From a bacterium (lineage in GTDB: Bacteria; Patescibacteriota; Minisyncoccia; 1-14-0-10-42-19), in assembly GCA_030690215.1 (NCBI GenBank), contig JAUYHD010000029.1:14568-78567 (forward strand): a stretch of 64,000 nt of DNA, given 5' to 3'. The notes below the pieces were generated by a model. That model searched no databases. It was not told the origin of the DNA and saw nothing but the letters and a program-made list of their open reading frames with translations. Of the stretch, positions 59,038 through 64,000 are shown in pieces. The position numbers and the translations under genes are program-made. Each line of letters opens with the position of its first letter. Within the stretch, counting starts at the first letter, position 1.

Positions 59038-59967
59038 TTATACGCCACAACTCTCGCCTCCACGAGACTCGGGAGGACCAACCTCCAAAAGAATCTTTTG
59101 ATACCCCTGTGCGCTTGAGTAAGCGGATCCTAAAACCTCTTTCGCATCAACCTCATCCCAGCTCACACCGCGCATCTGAAAATATGTTGCAATCGTAAGA
59201 TAGGTATCCGGAAACCAGTATGAGTTCACCTGAAGTGCAACGGCATACATCTCTTCTTCCGAAACACTTTCTGCCGCCATCAACTCCAAAAGCCCGAGCA
59301 TCGCCATGCCGTGATTACAATCGGGGAAATAAACAGAATTACCGCAACATGGCCGATAAATATTTTGGGATACCCGCTCAACTAGTCTTTGCTGTTCTTC
59401 GGTAAGTACTGCAAAAGAATGCGCGCTATAATGGTCCATCGCATCCCCTACCGCAAGCGTCCAACCGCCGGTTGAAGCAAAATTACCAGCATCCCCGCCG
59501 TACCGGGGATCAATCATGGGCCCTTCTTCTAAAATCGGGTTTTTGTTTGATAGCCCAAATGCCCACAAAAGATTTAATAATGTGTGGGCATTCTCCCGGC
59601 TTATAACAATCATGTTATTGTTTTCTTCGTACAAAAGCGCTCTCGCTTCCCCGCCCAATCCTCCCTGGTTGGCATACAATTCCTCAAATTGATCTGCATC
59701 AATAACACCCGCCTCAACCATTTGCTTGCCGAAAGACCCCCATCTGATAGGAAGAAGAATTCCCTCCGAAGGAAGAACCGCTTCTTCGATATTTACTTCT
59801 TGAACCACATGCGTTTTCTTGTGCAAGGCAAATACGAATTGGGGTGTAATAGCAAACTCAATTGAGAAAAAATAATTCACAATAAATATACCAAGCAATA
59901 CAAATGCTATTACCCGCCAATACCGCGCTGCTTTCTCTGATGAGGAATGATCATTATTCATACTCAT
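59038..59967 (-). CDS. hypothetical exported/membrane-anchored protein with His/Met/Cys-rich features
   Basis: N-terminal TM; PCCGNSVYFPDCNHGMAMLG motif; between CcdA-like and copA. Confidence 0.4.
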   Translation of the reverse strand: MSMNNDHSSSEKAARYWRVIAFVLLGIFIVNYFFSIEFAITPQFVFALHKKTHVVQEVNIEEAVLPSEGILLPIRWGSFGKQMVEAGVIDADQFEELYANQGGLGGEARALLYEENNNMIVISRENAHTLLNLLWAFGLSNKNPILEEGPMIDPRYGGDAGNFASTGGWTLAVGDAMDHYSAHSFAVLTEEQQRLVERVSQNIYRPCCGNSVYFPDCNHGMAMLGLLELMAAESVSEEEMYAVALQVNSYWFPDTYLTIATYFQMRGVSWDEVDAKEVLGSAYSSAQGYQKILLEVGPPESRGGESCGV

Positions 59968-59974
59968 ATACAAT

Positions 59975-60832
59975 TTACGAATGGAACTTCTTTTCCGCCC
60001 GAAAAAGAAAGAAAAGAAAAATCCCGATAATAATAATGGCCCAGACAGCATCTGGAATGACCGACAATAATTCAAAGGCATATTGCGTCCATGCATTGAG
60101 CGAACGCCCCACCCCAGCCTGCGCATCCGGCGACCAGAATGCGTTACCCGAAAGACCCAACACAAGCATCGTCATACCAATAATAAGAAATATGACACTT
60201 GACACAAGATTGGTGGAATGAGCATAGAAAATTTTTGTTCCTATTTTTACTTCCAAAAGCTTCCCCCTGATAATTGCCGACTCTTCTATTTTATACTTAT
60301 CGTACAGGTATGCCGTAATGAAGAGAGGAAATGTCATGCCGAAAATGTATGCGAACACAACAATAATAGCCTTCCAGAACGCACCCGATATAACCGCGAG
60401 TGTCATGGCGCCGGCAAGCACAGGCGCGCAACACGAAGTCGCCGCTCCCGATAACACACCGAGCATAAATACAGACCTTGCATTTGATAGCTTTAATTTA
60501 GATCGCATTCGCCCCGGCAACGGCAAAAATATTCCTTTCCCCAACAGTGACATCACGGCAAGCAACAGCATAAAAAGTCCGCCGAATATATACAGCTCTT
60601 TGTGGAAATCCTGGAAAACTTGAGCAAGACCGGCCGCACCCAATCCAATCGGTATAAGAACAACCGAAATCCCAGCGAAAAAAATAAATGTCATCTTAAG
60701 AATATTTCTTTTTTCACGAAAAGCCGATCCAAGATATGCCGGCAAAAGCACGGTAATACAGCAGGGAGCAAAAAGCGCAACCATCCCCGCAAGAAATGCG
60801 GCAATAATGGATGCCGAAAAAATAATATCCAT
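59975..60832 (-). CDS. CcdA/DsbD_2-like transmembrane thiol-disulfide protein (two intramembrane Cys-Cys pairs)
   Basis: FAPCCITVLLPAYL and AATSCCAPVLAG motifs in TM helices. Confidence 0.55.
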   Translation of the reverse strand: MDIIFSASIIAAFLAGMVALFAPCCITVLLPAYLGSAFREKRNILKMTFIFFAGISVVLIPIGLGAAGLAQVFQDFHKELYIFGGLFMLLLAVMSLLGKGIFLPLPGRMRSKLKLSNARSVFMLGVLSGAATSCCAPVLAGAMTLAVISGAFWKAIIVVFAYIFGMTFPLFITAYLYDKYKIEESAIIRGKLLEVKIGTKIFYAHSTNLVSSVIFLIIGMTMLVLGLSGNAFWSPDAQAGVGRSLNAWTQYAFELLSVIPDAVWAIIIIGIFLFFLFRAEKKFHS

Positions 60833-60834
60833 AG

Positions 60835-61353
60835 TTATCGCATCACGGTCGCCTGAAACGAAAATTCAAGCTTCGGTGATGTCCCCGAATTAGTTTCAAG
60901 ATAGACAGACCTTTGCGCGAGACCCACACCCGAAGGACCGTGCGCAGCAGGATCAAAAATCGCTTCAATTGTAATGCGCTCCCCCGGAGCGACCTCTATA
61001 TCGGCACTAGACGGCCCGGCATGACCCGGCATGCCGAATATCCCACGCACATTTCCTGCGCCATCCGTAATTTGTGCTGCGGTACACATGCAAGATGTGT
61101 ATACTTTCGTAATAATAACCGGTTCTTCCCCGCTATTTTCAGCAACAAAGTCGTGGCTCACCTTTCCGTCTTTCATGGATATTGTTTCAAAATCAAATGA
61201 AGCATCAGCAGTTTGCAGAATGCCCGCGGAGAACTGCTGTACTGGCTGCCTATCTTCATAATCATTACCCGATGCAACAATGGCTATTCCTCCAACAAGA
61301 ACGAAAAGAGAAAGAACGCTCCATTGTATTATTTGTTTTGTACTTTTCTTCAT
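60835..61353 (-). CDS. DUF1573 (Ig-like fold) exported protein
   Basis: YTSCMCTAAQ conserved Cys motif; N-terminal TM; start MKKSTKQ. Confidence 0.6.
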   Translation of the reverse strand: MKKSTKQIIQWSVLSLFVLVGGIAIVASGNDYEDRQPVQQFSAGILQTADASFDFETISMKDGKVSHDFVAENSGEEPVIITKVYTSCMCTAAQITDGAGNVRGIFGMPGHAGPSSADIEVAPGERITIEAIFDPAAHGPSGVGLAQRSVYLETNSGTSPKLEFSFQATVMR

Positions 61354-61435
61354 AGTAGTAAGAATCAAAAACACCCGTTCAAAAATTGAACGGGTGTATG
61401 AATGGAAAAATAATAAGAGAATCGCCCCTACAGCA

Positions 61436-61879
61436 TTACCGTAAGGCAATATTCCATACACCCCTAAAGGAAACAAGGGAATCGCACTTGTTATGAAGCG
61501 CAATCCATTGAAGCACAGGGAAACGCGCCAAATAAATTATGGTGCCCTCCTGTATGCTATATGTCGGAATATAAAACGGATTTTCCCCAAGTAAAGACGA
61601 TCTTTTTGCTGCAAAAAGAGAAGCCCCAACCAATGAGATAAGGAGTAGAAAAGCAACAAAAGGAGAAGAAACAAGAGATCGTCCAAACGATTGAAGCCCC
61701 GAAATATGATGGCCCACAGAAGAAAGCAAGCCATAGGAAGCGCAATCACTCGCTACAAATATTGAAAATGGGCACAGCACATGAGCGCCGTGCGTAAGAG
61801 AACTCAACCACAAAAACCCAAAAACACCCGCGAAAATAAACGCACATAGCAATAGGGTTGGGCGTATCTGTGATTTCAT
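61436..61879 (-). CDS. hypothetical membrane protein
   Basis: 3-4 TM, several Cys; no family recognised. Confidence 0.35.
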   Translation of the reverse strand: MKSQIRPTLLLCAFIFAGVFGFLWLSSLTHGAHVLCPFSIFVASDCASYGLLSSVGHHISGLQSFGRSLVSSPFVAFLLLISLVGASLFAAKRSSLLGENPFYIPTYSIQEGTIIYLARFPVLQWIALHNKCDSLVSFRGVWNIALR

Positions 61880-61914
61880 AGTTGCATTATAACAAAAAAT
61901 GGAGAAAAATCAAG

Positions 61915-62466
61915 TTATTGTTTTTCTACAAGCTCCGCGAATTCTTTTTGGACTTTTTGGAGCTTCGGATTAATCACTAACTGGCAATATTGGTTTTTAG
62001 GATTTTTTTCGTAATAATCCTTATGATAGTCTTCCGCTTCATAAAATTTCTCTAGCGGTTTCACCTCAGTTACAATCGGCTCTCCATCCTCCGACGATTC
62101 GTTTAATTTTTCTATAAACGCTTCCGCTTGTTTCTTTTGTTCCTCGTCCATATACAAAATAATTGAACGATATTGCTCGCCCACGTCCGACCCCTGGCGA
62201 TTTGGTGTAGTTGGATCGTGCGTTGCAAAAAACACCGTAAGAAGACTTTTTAAGGATATACTATCCGCATCATATTCAATACGAATCACTTCTGCGTGGC
62301 CCGTTTCCCCGCCCGACACCTCTTCGTATGTCGGATTTTCTTTTGTCCCTCCCGCATACCCCGGCGTCACATCAAATACCCCCCCGAGTTCCTTGAACAC
62401 GGCCTCCGTGCACCAAAAACATCCGCCCCCAAACACAATTACTTTTTTATTCATATCTATCATCAT
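61915..62466 (-). CDS. msrA: peptide-methionine (S)-S-oxide reductase
   Basis: GGGCFWC active site. Confidence 0.9.
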   Translation of the reverse strand: MMIDMNKKVIVFGGGCFWCTEAVFKELGGVFDVTPGYAGGTKENPTYEEVSGGETGHAEVIRIEYDADSISLKSLLTVFFATHDPTTPNRQGSDVGEQYRSIILYMDEEQKKQAEAFIEKLNESSEDGEPIVTEVKPLEKFYEAEDYHKDYYEKNPKNQYCQLVINPKLQKVQKEFAELVEKQ

Positions 62467-62511
62467 AACAAAAATCCCGTTCTATGCGGGATTTTTGTAT
62501 TGTTCTATATA

Positions 62512-63714
62512 TTATCCGAATGTAAACGCAAACGCCCCCACCCCGGGTCTCTTGAACATTATCCATAACACATGCTCGCCGTACTCTCCCTGCAAGTCTA
62601 TAAGATTGTACAAATCATGTCCGCCAAAATGCACAATGCCGTTTTCGTCAGCGTCCGCGCCTCTGTTTGAAGCATCAACGCGTTTCCCGTCCAAATAGAT
62701 CTCTGCTTCAACGGCGCCATCGAGAGCACCCGCTACCAAATTTACTTTTGACGCAGAAAACCCAAGAACAATAGCCCCCTCATTGCTTTTGAGGACCGCC
62801 TCTTCCGAGTTTATCTGCCACGAGCCACCCAAGCGAAATGTATTAAGCTCAACACCATCTTCTTCCGCGTCAAAATCACATACGGCATCAAGACACGAAC
62901 GCAAAAAGGTGTTTGCGATATGCTGCAAGCGACTGTGGCCAAAATACATTTCAGGAGATTGCACCTTCCCAAAATCAACATTCTGGGTATCTGCCGGAGG
63001 ATTTTCATTTAAAAAGACCGCGTCCATACCCAATACGAGATTTTTTTCATTCAACAGCTCAACAATCTTTTTTTCCGTCTCTTCGTATGCCCCCTCACCG
63101 ATGTGATCGTACACAATAAACCCATCTATATCTATCAAATATTTGCGCGGCCAATACCTATTTTTATATGACTGCCATGTAGAATAATCATTATCTAAAA
63201 TAACCGGGTATTGTATGCCAAACTTTTCTACCGCGCGCTGGACATTTTCAATATCTTTTTCAAATTCAAATTCCGGGGTATGAATCCCTAAAATCACAAG
63301 CCCCTCATCGGCATATTTTTCATGCCACGAATTAAGGTACGGGGTTGTCCGCTGGCAATTAATACAAGAATACGTCCAAAAATCCACAAGAATAATTTTT
63401 TTACCGATAAGCTCCGAAATAGTAATAGGCCCGGCTTGCCCTGAGCCTGTGGTTCGACTTTGCTCACCACCCTGAGTGTTAATCGAATGGGTCGAAGGGG
63501 TATTGATAAACCCGTCCGGCGTAGAAATTTCTTTTGCGGGCTCAAATTGTTTTTCTTTTTCGGCGACACGCTCTCCTTCGTTCATGATTACTACATTTTG
63601 GTTTCCCGACGATGAAGATGGCGCATCGATTTTGCGCGATTCAAGATAGAATATCGCGCCCGCCACAAGCACAAGCACCACAATAGAAAAAATTGTATTC
63701 TTTGAGACAGCCAT
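62512..63714 (-). CDS. TlpA/ResA-like thioredoxin (CxxC = CINC) with N-terminal TM and extra C-terminal domain
   Basis: LVDFWTYSCINCQRTTPYL redoxin motif. Confidence 0.7.
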   Translation of the reverse strand: MAVSKNTIFSIVVLVLVAGAIFYLESRKIDAPSSSSGNQNVVIMNEGERVAEKEKQFEPAKEISTPDGFINTPSTHSINTQGGEQSRTTGSGQAGPITISELIGKKIILVDFWTYSCINCQRTTPYLNSWHEKYADEGLVILGIHTPEFEFEKDIENVQRAVEKFGIQYPVILDNDYSTWQSYKNRYWPRKYLIDIDGFIVYDHIGEGAYEETEKKIVELLNEKNLVLGMDAVFLNENPPADTQNVDFGKVQSPEMYFGHSRLQHIANTFLRSCLDAVCDFDAEEDGVELNTFRLGGSWQINSEEAVLKSNEGAIVLGFSASKVNLVAGALDGAVEAEIYLDGKRVDASNRGADADENGIVHFGGHDLYNLIDLQGEYGEHVLWIMFKRPGVGAFAFTFG

Positions 63715-63995
63715 TATTGGAGTAAAAGGTTATTCAAAAAATCAAAATTCGCGACTAGATTTAAGCTCTGCGTAAATACCAAAACACCAAGCACGATAAG
63801 AATAATACCGAATATCTTGCTTATATACGAAAACACTCCCGCATACCGGTTTACAAACTCCTGTGAACGCGAAACAAAAAGCCCTACGAGTAAAAACGGC
63901 AAACCAAGTCCGAGCGAATACAAAAACAAAAGATAAAACGCTTTGCCCGGGGCGGTTGCCGCAAGTCCTAAAATAGCGCCGAGTGCAGCCCCCAC
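63714..63995 (-). CDS. CcdA-family protein, C-terminal part (gene continues beyond window)
   Basis: C-terminal CcdA TM helices; translationally coupled to TlpA-like gene. Confidence 0.55.
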   Translation of the reverse strand: MGAALGAILGLAATAPGKAFYLLFLYSLGLGLPFLLVGLFVSRSQEFVNRYAGVFSYISKIFGIILIVLGVLVFTQSLNLVANFDFLNNLLLQ

Positions 63996-64000
63996 GCAGG

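Overview
This window is a gene-dense bacterial chromosomal segment, mostly minus-strand, with moderate GC, strong GGAGG-type ribosome-binding sites, and TGA/TAA/TAG used as stops. The housekeeping backbone is confidently assignable: glmS, leuS, ddl, mnmA, mltG, a complete F1Fo ATP synthase operon (atpBEFHAGDC), uppP, a MacAB-like ABC efflux module, copA, msrA, two pepF paralogs and a thiolase. Three regions are rich in hypothetical genes. (i) 8.5-16.7 kb: a VirD4/TraG-like ATPase operon with small membrane partners and a GtrA-like protein, next to two GT-C (ArnT/PMT-like) glycosyltransferases. (ii) 16.7-18.8 kb: a compact module of four strongly expressed tiny hydrophobic peptides. It includes a winged-HTH + Cas2/VapD-like (PaaX-like) regulator bracketed by two copies of a 20-40 bp palindromic operator, and a textbook TTGACA-N17-TGnTATAAT promoter. 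(iii) 52-64 kb: a metal/thiol-redox island holding three CcdA paralogs, a VKOR-thioredoxin fusion, a TlpA-like thioredoxin, MsrA, DUF305, DoxX, ZIP and CopA. The non-coding space is unusually structured. It contains several families of GC-rich palindromic or MITE-like hairpins, and one composite copy sits in-frame inside leuS. Other features are heptamer tandem repeats, a 303-bp GIY-YIG nuclease cassette precisely bracketed by 18-bp direct repeats beside a second repeat-bracketed insertion, and conserved hairpins showing compensatory base changes. No rRNA, tRNA or CRISPR array was found. Gene content (GT-C glycosyltransferases, VirD4-like ATPase, YhbQ-type GIY-YIG, many small hypotheticals) resembles Patescibacteria/CPR-like or other reduced genomes, but that is inference only.
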